Positions 27,889 to 41,910 of a DNA stretch of 64,000 nt are shown piece after piece; position 1 is the first letter of the stretch, and every line of letters starts with the position of its first letter. The notes beneath the pieces were generated by a model. That model made no database searches. It was not told the DNA's origin and was given only the letters and a program-made list of their open reading frames with translations. The DNA comes from Octopus vulgaris (Eukaryota). The stretch lies in NCBI GenBank assembly GCA_951406725.2, contig OX597822.1:49042001-49106000 (forward strand). Direction: 5' to 3'. The position numbers and the translations under genes are program-made.

Positions 27889-29671
27889 GTATCTTGCTTC
27901 CGCTTCCGTTGGCGTATGGGTGTTGATTTTTTTGTCGTCGAAAGAGTGAGTTGTTACCGTTGTTTTATTGTTGTACGTTGAATTGTTATATTGTTGTAAT
28001 TTATTTGGATCAGTTGGACTGTTGTATTACTGAACTGTTGGCCTGTTGTGAGAAGGCTCTTCCCCAGTCATGGGTGAAGGTGCAAGGAGTAGTTATGCGT
28101 CGGCTGTGATTAAAAGTACACCAACCAGCAAGTTCGGGAAATTGTGGTAGAAGAAAGTAAGTGGAAAGACGCAAGAAAGTTGGTGAAGAAGGATGGAGAG
28201 GGTCTTTTGCTGACATCCCCAGTGGAAGTTAGTAAAAAGGTTGAATAGAGAACTGTCGTCGACAGAATGTGGTCGACAGTCCCGAAGAAATTGAGGTAGC
28301 TTCGATAGAGGAGATTGAAGAATGTTTAAAGGAGGTGAAGGAGTACACCACCTTCTATACCAGAAGAAGAAAATTCGTCACAGTGGAGGTTAGGTTCGCT
28401 AGCGAGGAGTTAGCGATAAACCACTCCACTGTGCCAATTATAACCAAGCTGTGGACCTTACTACCAAGTTATTGTGGGAGAAGCGTGTCCAGAATCAAGA
28501 TTGGAAGGGTGCCTCCTGAAATAGAGGAGGCATGATTGGTGGCAGCGGTGATGGAAAATATGGAAGATGAAGTAAAAGTATTGAAAATAACAAAAACGGA
28601 GGAAATCAACTGATGGGAATAAGGGCTGGAGCTCACGGTTCTAGTTGGCCTAACGGAGATGCATGAGATTGCAGAAGAGGTGAGATTACTGGATGAGAAT
28701 AATGAGAATAATGGGGGAAAGGAGACCTACATGCTATCAATGCGGTAAAAAATGTCATTTAAGGGCTGTTTGCCCAAAGAATGAAGAGGGGAAGGTGGAA
28801 GTAGTAGAACAGAAGGAAGAAACCCCAATAGTAATGGAGCAGGCAATGGAGGAGGATTGTACTGTGGCGAAGAGGAGGAAGAACAGTGGAGACTCACCTC
28901 CAAAGAGTGTGAGAAAGAAGAGAAGAGGTGGGAAAAAGAAAAAACCGAATAAGCCAGAAAATGGCGACAAGAAGGAAAAATATGTGGAAATGTGTGAACG
29001 GAGAACGCTATTCAGAAGTTATAGTGGAGACTATACGGAGGGTGGAGAAAGAGGGTGGAGAAAATTCGATGACTGTAGTGTGTGAAAGACGGGAAGGGGA
29101 GGAATTTGAATTGACGGACGACGAGGATGAAGTGATGAACGAGAGTGAACTGGAGCGAAGGAGAACTAGTTTTGGAAGGAATATTCGGAATTTGATAATT
29201 TACAAGAAAAGTGTGGAAACTGAGGAAAAAGTCGAGAAAATGAAGAACATAATAAGAGTAAAATTGATAGGCAATGATAATTTTAGAGCTATTTTATTAG
29301 AAAGAGATAGAGGTGAAAGATTCCAGACATTGTTTGCAAGAAAAATGATAGTCATCAAGCGGCAGGTTCGAGATGACGAGCCGCCGCCGGTGGTGGGATA
29401 CGAAGAATTAAAACCGTACTGGTGGAATATAAAGGACTCATTATGAACTAAAGTTATTTGTGAGAAATTTTTTATTTTAAAAAGACTGCTAATTGTTGTA
29501 TAAATAGTAAAAGTGGAACCGCCTGCATGTGGGGAGTGGTTAAGCCACTTCATTTTCATTTCCATCAATTCATGTAATTCATTCGTGTATGTTTTATGTA
29601 TCCCCTGTTTTGTTCTTTTATGTTTTTATATCGCCCCCTCTGTGTTTGAGCCCTTGTGGCTAATAAAGAAA
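27889..29671 (+). mobile_element. ORF1-only non-LTR element 3, a distinct family
   Basis: Flanked by aagtagcttgcttaccaa (27871-27888) and gtaagttgcttgcttaccaa (29672-29691). ORF1 contains CYQCGKKCHLRAVC. Tail is gcccttgtggctaataaagaaa. Confidence 0.83.
28269..29446 (+). pseudogene. Decayed gag-like ORF1 with CCHC knuckle and Lys/Glu-rich region
   Basis: ORF pieces 28269-28535, 28693-29085 and 28928-29446. GRVPPEIEEA parallels GLPPGVEPEW in element 1. Confidence 0.72.
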
Positions 29672-30951
29672 GTAAGTTGCTTGCTTACCAACCACGTTGT
29701 TCTGGGTTCAGTCCCACTGCATGGCACTTTGTCTATTCTGCATTCTGTTTATTCTGCACATATTCCAGCAAGCTTTGGTTGGCACCAACATTTATTGATG
29801 CCGACATTATCGCTTTCATTAACTCCGATTTCTACCATATTCTACATTTTCTTGATATATTTCCAACAGGACCCTTTGAAGGAATTGAAAACATTCATTC
29901 AGGTTCAGACTTTGGGTGGTCCACACATGCACGTACACTCACACACATCCTTCCTTTCGACTAATCTACAGACATGATAGCTCATAGCTACCCTCTCCCT
30001 TTTGGAAAGCAAACTCTATCCTTTAGTTTTACACATATGAAGGGACAATTTATAATCCAGAACCTTATCACACCAGACTTACATTGACACTTCACTGTAT
30101 TTGAAAAGGGTTTTGCGACAATCACCAAATGAGGAATGTCAAAACATTTTTTCAGCAAAATACATACATACTTTAATCATTGGATTTCAGTCATGCTGGG
30201 GCGTCCCCTTTAATTGTTTTAGTCAATCATACTGATCTTAATGTGTATTTCAGTCGGGTGCTTATTTTATTAATTTCAATTTATCGCATACATGTCGATT
30301 TAAAAGGATGCAACTCGGTGCACCAATTTACACTAGTTTATACAAGCATAGACACCCAGATTCTGTCAACGAAATCCCGCTCACGAAGCATTGGTCAATC
30401 TAATGATACAGTAGAAGATACCTATCCTACGTCATGCACAACCGCAAGTCACGTGGTTCCGAAGCGAACTTCTCTGCCACAGTGTTGCGTCAACTAAAAT
30501 TTATAAATATAATTATAGAATAACAAAAAGTATTTATAATAATATAAAAATGTCAATATTTATTGACGTTGTAGTTGATGCAACTTATTTCTTTCAAAGA
30601 TATCTCACACATACAGCAGAACTGATTTATGGGTGAGATCATGTGAGTAATTAACAATCATATACATCGAAAAAAGAAAATAAATGGTTGTAACAAATGG
30701 TTGTACTAAAAACTGGTCTCGGTCCAAAATTTCTGGGCGCATGTAAAACAAGATAAATGTTCTTTTTTTAAAACATAATGCTTATTTTCTAAAAAATTCT
30801 TATCGAATAAAAATAATGTTAACCATTCCTGGCATTTTTTAATTCAAACGTCCAAGTAATTTTCATTCATCACATTTAGATTATCGTCATTAAAAATAAT
30901 AATCCTCATAGCAACAAATTACTATATCTCTCTCACACATACACACACACA

Positions 30952-31047
<96 letters not shown>

Positions 31048-31130
31048 TGTTCAGCAGAGCAAATAAAATTCTTTTCTTCTTCTTCCCTCTCCCTTCCCTC
31101 TTTTTCTTTAGCACTCATTCCAAATACAAA

Positions 31131-31179
<49 letters not shown>

Positions 31180-31510
31180 ATGCTCTCTCTCTCACTTTCT
31201 CCTCATCCATCACCCTCTTGCACTATATTATATTCCTCCCCACCACTACAAACTCAATACCACTATAAAATGGTCAAAACTAAGTTCACACAGGAACTTA
31301 GTTTGATTTGAAAACCCCACTAGAATGGGAGAAAGCGCTAATACATGATCTAAGTTATATGATGTATAAAAAATGTAATATACAAATAAATATCTGTAAA
31401 TATAAAACCATCCGAATTTCTGAATACCTCATTTCTTCTAATATATATAAAATCACACACAGACGCACATACATGCACACGCGCAGCCACGCGCGCACGC
31501 ACGCACACAT

Positions 31511-31585
<75 letters not shown>

Positions 31586-31861
31586 TTATTTCATTCCACA
31601 CGGATGGAAAGAAATATAAAAAAATGAAGCTGAAAATGTACCAGTATTCTTTTAGATTCTTTTTAATTTTTAAACACTGAAACGGTTTCACGAACTTCTC
31701 TAATTTTCTGAAGTTCAAACAGAAAGATATTGCAACTATCTTGCCACTCAAAGCAGTTGCAGTATAGCTCCATATTTTTGAAAATCAGAGAAATTTGTGA
31801 AACCGGTTAAGTTTTTAAAATATAAAAATAAAAAATAACTAAACAAATCCCAGTGCACTTT

Positions 31862-31904
<43 letters not shown>

Positions 31905-32294
31905 CTTTTATCTTTTACTCGCATCAGTTATTAAACTGCGGCCATGCTGGGGTACCGTCTCGAATTTTTAATCGAATGAATCGACCTCAGTATTTATTAT
32001 TTTTAAGCCTGGTACATATTCAATAGGTCACCTTTGACTAAACGCTAAGCTAGGGGACACAAACACACCAACACCGTTTGTTAAGCGGTGGTAGCGGGAC
32101 ACAAAGACACATAAACACACACACACACATACGACGGGCTTCTTTCAGTTTCCGTCTACCAAGCCCACTCATAAGGCTTTGGTCAGTCCGAGGCTATAGT
32201 AGAAGACAGTTGCCCAAGGTCCCATGCAGTGGGACTAAATCCGGAACTATGTGGTTAGGAAGCTAGCTTCTTACTACACAACCCCGCCTGCGCC
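31905..32294 (-). mobile_element. SINE family A, diverged
   Basis: Similar to the other family A copies. Confidence 0.85.
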
Positions 32295-32300
32295 TATATA

Positions 32301-33068
32301 CAGTGATCCCTCGTTTATCGCGGTAGATTGGTTCCGAGACCGGCCGCGATAACTGAATTTCTGCGAAGTAGGGACACCATATTTACAGTATTTATTTAGC
32401 GTGTATTTGGACTTTTAAAACCCTCCCTGTACTGTTAACAACCCACCCATTACAGTAGTCTGTTAATAACAAGGACAACCGTTAAGCAATAACACTTTAG
32501 ATTTAAAAAATAGATTGTTACTGTACTCAACACGAAAGAAGTTGAAGTAAAATTTGAATGATTATAATGATAAATTTGCTGCGCAGTAGAAATGATGATG
32601 ATGAATCTGACGGCGGTGCCCTTTCCTGGGACACCTTTTCCACTTCTTCCACAAAGTTCAACGCAAAGAAAAACAAATCACACTCAGCGCAGCGTAAAGT
32701 AGTACAGTAAACCACTCGACGAGAAAGCTTGGAGCGTAATGGCCGCGAGAGAGAGAGACAAGGGAAGATGCTGCGGATTTGAGCATCGGTCAAAGCACCA
32801 ATCACAGGCCAGATTACAAAATAGAAAGGCGTGATTCGTCGTCTTTCTCCATTGCCCCAATCACAGCCCGTCTTAAGTTCAAATACCCCTGTATATGCTT
32901 TTTTGCTATTTTACGCTTGTTTTGTTGTTCCTAGATTAGGAAATAATATTATTAATATTTTAATGGATTTAATGAAAAATCTTAGGTGTTCATATATATA
33001 TATATTTAAAAAATCCGCGAAGTTGTGAACCCCCGATAGTAGAACCGCGCAGTAGCGAGGGATCACTG
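32301..33068. mobile_element. pogo/Tigger-like MITE
   Basis: TIRs cagtgatccctcg / cgagggatcactg, TA on both sides, no ORF. Confidence 0.85.
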
Positions 33069-33384
33069 TATATATATATATATATATATATGCATACACA
33101 CAAATATGTATACAAATATTTCTCGTGTTACTGAAAGTCTCTCTGTAGTGTGGAATTCCGTAATCCCTTGAATTTAGACGTTATAAGTTGGGGTACATTG
33201 CGATGGAATTTTTTACGAAAAAACCCAAGCAATACAATAATTAGGATTAAATATGTGCGCGATCAAGCGTCATCGCATAACTAATATTCAACTGCACTTA
33301 AAAAAATATACAGCCGAATGTGATAGATTCGGCTGTATATACACTTATCTTTTATACCCACGTGTGTGCTACAACCTATATTCT

Positions 33385-33587
33385 TTTCATTTTTATCAGT
33401 CATTTGACTGTGGCCATGCTGGAGCACCATCTTTAGTCAAATCGACACCAGGACTTATTCTTTGAAAGGATACAGTACTTATTCTATCGGTTTCTTTTAT
33501 AGAACTGCTAACTTACGGAGACAGAAACACACCAACATCGGTTGTCAAGCGATGGCGTGAGGAACAAACATAGACACACAGATACAT

Positions 33588-33600
<13 letters not shown>
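33385..33600 (-). mobile_element. 3' half of SINE family A
   Basis: Tail similarity tgactgtggccatgctggagcacc. Confidence 0.75.
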
Positions 33601-33626
<26 letters not shown>

Positions 33627-33633
<7 letters not shown>

Positions 33634-33881
33634 ACCGATCAGACCATCAGATGTTGTTACACATCGCTGCGATCGCATTGTTTTAGCCAAGTGAGCAGGC
33701 CAACAGAAGAAAGAGTGGGAGAAAGAGTGGTGAAAGAGTACAGCAGGGATCAGCAAACCCTGCCGGAGCCTCGTGGAGCTTCTAGATGTTTTCGCTCAAT
33801 AAACACTCAGTCTGGGAATCGAAACCGCGATCCTACGACCGCGAGTCCGCTGCCCTAACCACTGGGCCATTGCGCCTCCAC
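33627..33881 (-). mobile_element. tRNA-headed SINE family C inserted in (TA)n
   Basis: Minus-strand head ggaggcgcaatggcccagtggttaggg...ggtttcgattccc with A and B boxes. Related pieces at 53452-53705 (+) and 16893-17000 (-). Confidence 0.8.
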
Positions 33882-34294
<413 letters not shown>

Positions 34295-34626
34295 GTTCGC
34301 TGTTTTACCCTCGTTATAGTCTAATGACCCTCCATGTTTGTTTTCGTTCGGTTTCCTTGTATGTCCCCAATGTCCTGTTTTTGTTCCCAACTTTGACCCT
34401 CCATAAATCCCAAATTTTATTTTGGCATTTATGGGAGCAATAATCTTTGAAAACTCATATTGTCGTTCAATGCTCAAAATGAGGAGTAGATAGCCGATAA
34501 CTGATGAGGGGTCGTTTTTTATGTTACTTGTGCTGTTTTTATTTGTTTCGTTGTTTGCGTATTAAACTCATTTGCTTTCGTATTTCATGTTGTTTTCTGT
34601 TGGTGACGTTCTGTACCCATATAAGC

Positions 34627-34685
<59 letters not shown>

Positions 34686-35069
34686 TTGAATTCGTCGGTA
34701 CTGGACGTTGAATATGATCTGTCTGATACTGTTTTGAATTGGATAGGTATGTTCAATTTTTCCAGTGCTCTGAAATTTAATATCGTGAATCCTGTGCTGA
34801 AGAGGAAAATGTTTGGGTGAAGTATGGTTTTTACATTCTTCATACCGATCTAATTCCGAAACGCGTCCACAGGTAAACAAATACCGAGTGAATTTCGTTA
34901 TTTTTCCTCTCTGTCAGCGTGGGTTATTTCGAGTATTTTGTTTGTCTGGGAGTCTCTTCTTATAGTAGAAGAAATAGCTAAGGTTCTTTGGCTGCTATTT
35001 CTAAACTTCGGTATGTGGTAAAGCAAATCTTTGCTGAACCCTAATTATAATTATACTCGTAATTATAAA

Positions 35070-35116
<47 letters not shown>

Positions 35117-35738
35117 CATATTTAAGGTGCATTCCATTAGGAAGGTATTACAATACAAAATAGAGCTCGTTCACCTTTAGAATTACCAAACAGCCGGTAG
35201 TATTACGGTATATTTCCAAGTTTGGGTTTAGGCATTCATCGTGTGTGAAAATAAAATAAAATTGAATAAAACGAGTCAAGAATGAGTACATTTAGACAGC
35301 TATTAAATAAACACTACATACGTTCCGATACAACATGGATCTACATATACACAGAATTTAAATTACGATTTGCTAACGGGAACAGCGATTGTATATCACC
35401 TGAGGAGATACAATTGGATCCCATTATACAGGTAAACCATTGCTTAATGCAAATCCTGTATATATGTGGATCTATGTTGTATCGAAATATGTGTAGTGTT
35501 TATTAAATAGCTGTTTAAAAGTAAACATTCTTTACTCTAATTATTCAATTTTACTTACATATTTATGTATGTATATCCTTCGTTTACTGTTATCATGGAA
35601 AATTCAATAAACAGTTACCAGGGTAGCAAAATTCACGCAAGTAACAAGGATGTAGCGACCTATTCAAAGGTAGAAACTCCGGGTTAATGTGCAGTAATTT
35701 ATATAGTATAAGTAAATAAATGGAGTTGAAAGTTTTAC

Positions 35739-35822
35739 TTTCGACATATGTTTCGAAGACAACATTGGTTTTATTCCAAAGGAATAAACTGTGTAAAATA
35801 ATGCAATCTTCTCATCAGGAAA
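35739..35822 (-). ncRNA. Type I hammerhead ribozyme motif with extended stem II
   Basis: Minus strand: tttc CTGATGA gaaga...tcttc GAAA catatg TC gaaa. Confidence 0.75.
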
Positions 35823-36576
35823 TAAAGGGAACCTATCTCAACAACAAAACATTATAACAATTTTGATGACTGCATAAATGATAAACATAATATTATTAAG
35901 TATTTAAAAAAAACCGTTAGTAGATCCGACGGCAAAGGCAGACCCTAGGAAGAGAAGGGGTAAAGAAATAATAAGTAGAGAACAAATAAAGAGGGATATA
36001 TTGGCTAAAAAAATGTTCAAAGGCTTGGAAGTAGATTTCTCTATTGAAGTAAAGTGCAAGTTGAACTAAATGTTCAAACTATAAAGACTGGTAAAAATCA
36101 CATATATGTCTATATGTATACGTTTATGTATATGCAGACAGACAAACATACACACATACACACTTCAACATAACCATCAGCTCCATTGTCTTATGGTTTC
36201 GATTTTTTAGTCATGACTTTAAAAATCTATTTCGAAATATCTTCGAATATCTTTGAAATCCGTGTGATGTATCTTCTTGTTCTTTAAAAAATTTCTTGTT
36301 TTGTTTTAAATTTCAATGGAGTGCATGTTCACACTGTTTTTGATAGTAAAAATAGTTAAACTGTTAAAATTAATCCCAACAAAAACGAAATCAAATAAGA
36401 CCAATCCGATATACCGTATATAACTTCATTGGCCTCTCTGAATCATATATCTGATGAAGTATTTTGGTGCCTCAGGGAGCTACAATTTTGCTTTCATGTT
36501 GCTAGATTGGATTTTTGTTGCATAAAGTGGTGTCACTTCATGAATACTTCAATTAATTTCGAATATCTAGGAGTTC

Positions 36577-36654
<78 letters not shown>

Positions 36655-36685
36655 GTCTGTCTGTCTGCCTGTCTGCCTGCCTGAC

Positions 36686-36734
<49 letters not shown>

Positions 36735-37022
36735 GCTTGTCTGTCTGCCTGTGTGTGTGTGTGTCTGTCTGTATGTTTACATACATGTATACATGCTTGC
36801 ATGAGATAAAAAAAACAAGGTGCACAGCAACACATTGTATAGCATCTCATCCGCGAGGGACCGATGTATTATGGGTCAAAACGATTGTAGTGATTAATAA
36901 TCTCATGAATTCCATTTTCTTTCTCTTTCTTACATACATACATACATCCATGACACATATATACATGCGTGCATACGTACATACATACATACATATATAC
37001 ATACATACATACATACATACAT

Positions 37023-37369
37023 GGTGGCTGCCTCCTCGTTATTGAGTATGGTCATTGCACGAAGCTTAATCAATGTTGTTATCGTGCAATGCCTGTGCAA
37101 GAAGATTTTTTAAAAAAGTGACGAAAGGCTGTGCACTGAGTCAATCCCACTCACTAAGCAACAGCAGCCATAATCCGAAAAGAAGAACAAGTCAACATCA
37201 TCGGTAACCACTGAGCCGCAGGTTTTATATCGGAGTTATCCCAGTTACCTGAGTTAACTTCTCCTAGAAGGATGCCCTAACAAAAGCTAGGAGTCCTTCA
37301 CTCCCAATGGTTTAACCGCGCGATCGGGTATTCAGTCCGATTATTTCTGTCCCCGCGCATGATACAGCC
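37023..37369 (-). mobile_element. Second, shorter copy of the 19174-19570 retroposon in (CATA)n
   Basis: High identity, same left end, truncated right end. Confidence 0.7.
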
Positions 37370-37486
37370 ATATACATACATACATACATACATACATACA
37401 TAATACATACATACATACGTACATACATACATACATACATACGTACATACATACATACATACGTACATAATACATACATACATACA

Positions 37487-37517
<31 letters not shown>

Positions 37518-37684
37518 CATAAAATATTCTTGCAGCCATGAATATACACATTAGTTTCATGTTGATAAAGATAATTATTCAAGTCTCCATCTTGAATAAA
37601 ATCACGAATAAAGAATATGTATCCACTAATGCAGTATTGAGTGCTTATTCTCACTTATCGATATTAACGTCTGTATATGTGATA

Positions 37685-37850
37685 AGATGTGGCTATATGA
37701 TAAGAAGCTTGCTTCCTAACCACATGGTTCTAGGCTCAGTCCTACTGCGTGGCACCTTGGGCAAGTGGAGTATACTATAGCTTCGGGCCGACCAAAGCTT
37801 TGTGAGTGAATCTTGCAGACAGAGACTGAAAGAAACCCGTAGCATATATA
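37685..37850 (+). mobile_element. Degenerate 5' half of SINE family A
   Basis: aagaagcttgcttcctaaccacatggttc... Confidence 0.7.
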
Positions 37851-37873
37851 CATATATCTCTGTGAGTCTTTGC

Positions 37874-37922
<49 letters not shown>

Positions 37923-37974
37923 ATGCAAAAATGGTCTTTTACCAGTCGAGAAAGCAATAAGGAGCACACTTCGA

Positions 37975-38370
37975 GGCAGGAGTGACTGTGTGGTAAAGTA
38001 GCTTGCTAACCAACCACATGGTTGCGGGTTCAGTCCCACTGGGTGGCATCTTGGGCAAGTGTCTTCTGCTATAGCCCCGGACCGACCAATGCCTTGTGAG
38101 TGGATTTGGTAGACGGAAACTGAAAGAAGCCTGTCATATATATGTATATATATATATGTATGTGTGTGATTGTGTGTCTGTGTTTGTCCCCTAGCATTGC
38201 TTGACAACCGATGCTGGTGTGTTTACGTCCCCGTCACTTAGCGGTTCGGCAAAAGGGACCGATAGAATAAGTTCTGGGCTTACAAAGAATAAGTCCCGGG
38301 GTCTATTTGCTCGACTAAAGTCGGTGCTCCAGCATGGCCGCAGTTAAATGACTGAAACAAGTAAAAGAGT
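37975..38370 (+). mobile_element. SINE family A with empty target site
   Basis: Full head, body and tail. Confidence 0.9.
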
Positions 38371-38387
38371 ATATATATATATATATA

Positions 38388-39626
38388 TAAGGTTGTTTCT
38401 CATGAAATGTCGCATTTTTAATTACTTCTTACTTCAGTCATTTAAAAACCCTATTATGTATACTTTGCATTTAATCTTGAATCTTTTTCTTTCCTAACAA
38501 TATTAGTATACAAAATTCGTACCCACATGACAGACCTTATGAAAATGATAACCAAACAATGTTGAGTGGTTTTCTCGTATGAGTACAAACTGGGTCACTC
38601 TGCCCCAGAAGCTCTATGGAATATCAAAGCAGGCCTTTGGTAATGATTTTGTTGGCATCAGAACTATTCAGAGACGGTTCCAAAGCTCTCGTTCAGGAGA
38701 TGATAGCCTTGAAAATAAATCAAGGGGTAGGCCAAAATCAGTTATTGTGCATGATGGATTAAATGCTTTGGTCGTACAAAATCCGAGAACAAATGTTCGA
38801 AAACTTTCATCAGAACTCCAAACATCTCGCACAACTGTTTTTGGACACTTGTAAAAAACTGGAAAAGTCAAGAAAACTGATAGGTTTTTTTCCGCATCAA
38901 CTAAGCGAGATTAAAAAAAAAAAAAGATGCCTCGAAGTGTGCTCCTTATTGCTTTCTCGACTGGTAAAAGACCATTTTTGCATCAAATCATTAATTGTGA
39001 TGAGAAATGGATTCTCTTTGACAACAGCAGGAGGACAGGACAGGACAGAAATTAAATGCAGGAGAGTCACCTAAACACTACCCAAACCCACCATTGCATT
39101 CTAAACAGTTAGTGGTCACTGTATGGTGGTCTGCGAAGAGAGTTATTCATTATTCATTTCTGCAACAAGGAAAAACGGTAGCAGCAACATCGTATTGCCA
39201 GGAAATTGATTGTATGCATTAGAATTACAAAAAAGAAGCAACCCAGATTAGCGAATAGAGATGGGCCAATTTTACTCCACGACAATGCACATCCTCACAC
39301 TCCTCAAGCAACGGTCCAAAAATTGCGAAGCCTGAAATATGAGATTTTGCAACATCCTCTCTGTTCCCCTGATATCTCTCCTACTGATCATCTCTTATTT
39401 AAGCATTTTGAGCTTTTCATAAGCAATAACGCATTCTTAGATAGAAGAGGTAATTGAAGCATTCGGACAGTTTATCAAAGCAAAAGATGAATTTTTTTTT
39501 AAAGATGGAATATTCGACATAGGGAAACATTGGGTAAACGTCATAAATGAACATGGATCATACTTTGATTCAATAAATTAAGTTCTCTAACATGTCTGAA
39601 GTACAACATTTCTTGTGAAACAACCT

Positions 39627-39628
<2 letters not shown>
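38388..39628 (+). mobile_element. mariner transposon with decayed transposase
   Basis: TIRs taaggttgtttctcatgaaatgt / acatttcttgtgaaacaacctaa in (TA)n. Motifs TVWW, LLHDNAHPH and CSPDISPTD, with stops and frameshifts. Confidence 0.92.
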
Positions 39629-39657
<29 letters not shown>

Positions 39658-40851
39658 CATCAACGAACCCGGATCATAGTTCTGAAGTTTATATTTATCA
39701 TATATCATTAGACAATAATAATGATTTCTAAAATGAGATAAAGGTTACACATTTTGAGAAGTAGTAAGAGTTGATTAGATTGACCCTCTAGTACTTGAGT
39801 GATTCGTATTTTGCTAATGCCAAGAAGTTTCTCGCCCGCGTTACTTTGTAAGTAAGATAACTTTTTCCAAGGATGACTTTTACATAGGAAACTTATTGTT
39901 TGTTTGAACTTCTTAAATTTGAATTAGTCAAAGAGTAAATGGGGGAGAGTGAATATTTCCTGTTTCTTATTGAACCTCTTTAATGAAGCATTGTCCATTT
40001 TCTTGCTGCAAAGATCTCAAAACGACTAATAGAAATAGTTTTGTGTATGCAGAAAGTTTACTGATTAAGAGAACTAAAAGAATATCAGTGGAAAATACTA
40101 GAAGGTTACTCTCTGCTTGAGGAACAATCAAGCTACTTTAATTGATGTGGTGAGCCGAAAATCATTTTTAATTAATTAAAATCATAACCGTTATAAGAAG
40201 GAAGCTCATTTGCGATTATGGAACTTTTTCTTAGAAGAAAAAAACGTGAGAAAACCGAAAATTAAAAGTAGAAATACGAGGCACGGTGAGAATCTGAATT
40301 TTGGCAGCCGCCATCATAATAGCGGTGAATATGTGTTGATCTTTTTTGATCCTCTTTCAGTAGCCTATAGCTTGCTGATTTTGTTCATTTCATATTCCTA
40401 CTTGTTACCGCATCGTGTCTTCTCTGTTACTTTTCTATACATTATATCGATGCAGTATATCGCTAAAATCACGACTTTCTTGATATTGACCACCTCGATA
40501 AGAATGTAATCATTACATCCGTTCCTCCTCTTCAATTATAGACACTCACGAAACTACAGACAAATGTTACAATAATACAAATGCTTGCTCAGTTTCTAAC
40601 CTTTTTGTAGAGTGTGAGGACACAGACTTACTAAAGATTATTTGAGTTGGAAAATAGCAATAAATTGAATTCCGTTTTCCAGTGAAAAAACAAACAAACA
40701 AAAGAAAGCAAAACTAAAACGGAAATCAAAGACAAAAGCTTCATCAAATCATAAAAGATAGTATAACCGGCAATGAAAAAAAGGAAGAAATAAGATCAAA
40801 GTAATGATGATGGGATAATGGATATAAAATGTAGCAACTAGAGAGAAAGAA

Positions 40852-40918
<67 letters not shown>

Positions 40919-41465
40919 ATATGTATATATATATATGTGTGTGCGTATGTGTGCAAGATTAAGAGGGAAAATGAAAAAAAGAGAATGGAAATAAGGTGCA
41001 GAAAAAGACAGTGATATGCAGGTAAAGCAAGAGAGTGAGTGAGTGAGTGAGAGAGATAGAGAGAGAAACGAAGAATGGAAGTCAGAGGAAGTAAAAAGAT
41101 TTGGTGTTATTAGTATCAATGGAGAGTTTGTAGTTTTATGTATCAACGATTTGCTTGAGGAACTGCGAATTATAATGAAAAGCCAGACAACAGTAAATTA
41201 CTGTCAATGCATCGTCAGTGCTACATTCTGATTTCAGTATCTATTTATAATACCAAAAACTGTGCACTGACAACAGCAAAATCTTATACGCAGCTATACT
41301 TTATATTCTTAGCAATGTTAGCTTGAAAGTTATGCCAACATGTATTAAAAGGTTGTATAACGGCTACATTGAATTCGAAATTCAAGTTGAAACTTTACAA
41401 AATCTATTATGTTAAAGTGCTAACGATAAATTCCTGTGGTGTAAAATATCTGTCCAGCAGAGAGA

Positions 41466-41500
<35 letters not shown>

Positions 41501-41741
41501 TCAGACGAAAGTTGCTGGTATATACAGACACTAAGACACATACAAACGTTATTGCCACTTATACAAACTGAGAGGTTGTATTTATGAGAGAGTGTCGGGG
41601 TATGTGTATATGAACGCATCCTAAGCATTCATAAGCGTGTCTGTGTGTGTATGAGTACACGTAGATATGAAGTTTTTCTGACTATGTTACCATGTTCCTT
41701 ACTTCGTATGTGTAGCGGTATGTCCTGTTACCATTAATTTA

Positions 41742-41910
41742 TAAAAGAGAAAAAGAACAATGTTTTCGGGAAGCATCGATCGGCGGGCGCCGTCTGCTTC
41801 CCTCATCAATATCATTATTTTGCTCATCATTCATTTCGTTTGTGTTGTTGTCCAGCCCGCATTTGCCTCTTATCTATGTAATGCCTTTATGGCAAATTTG
41901 ATGAAATAAA
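41742..41910 (+). mobile_element. 3'-end fragment of the element 1/2 family
   Basis: agaacaatgttttcgggaagca...ctgcttccc...gtccagcccgc...tgcctttatggca...atgaaataaa matches 2760-2907 and 27770-27870. Confidence 0.8.

Larger units (their letters stand above)
25804..29728 (+). mobile_element. SINE family A head split by two stacked insertions
   Basis: Head at 25804-25840, target repeat at 27871-27888. The SINE resumes at 29672 with B box gggttcagtccc and is truncated near 29728. Confidence 0.85.

Noticed and set aside
25826-29691. Three spaced copies of a 15-20 bp repeat as a CRISPR-like or att-site array
   Set aside because: The spacers are ~2-kb retroelements in eukaryotic DNA, and the repeats are better explained as TSDs.
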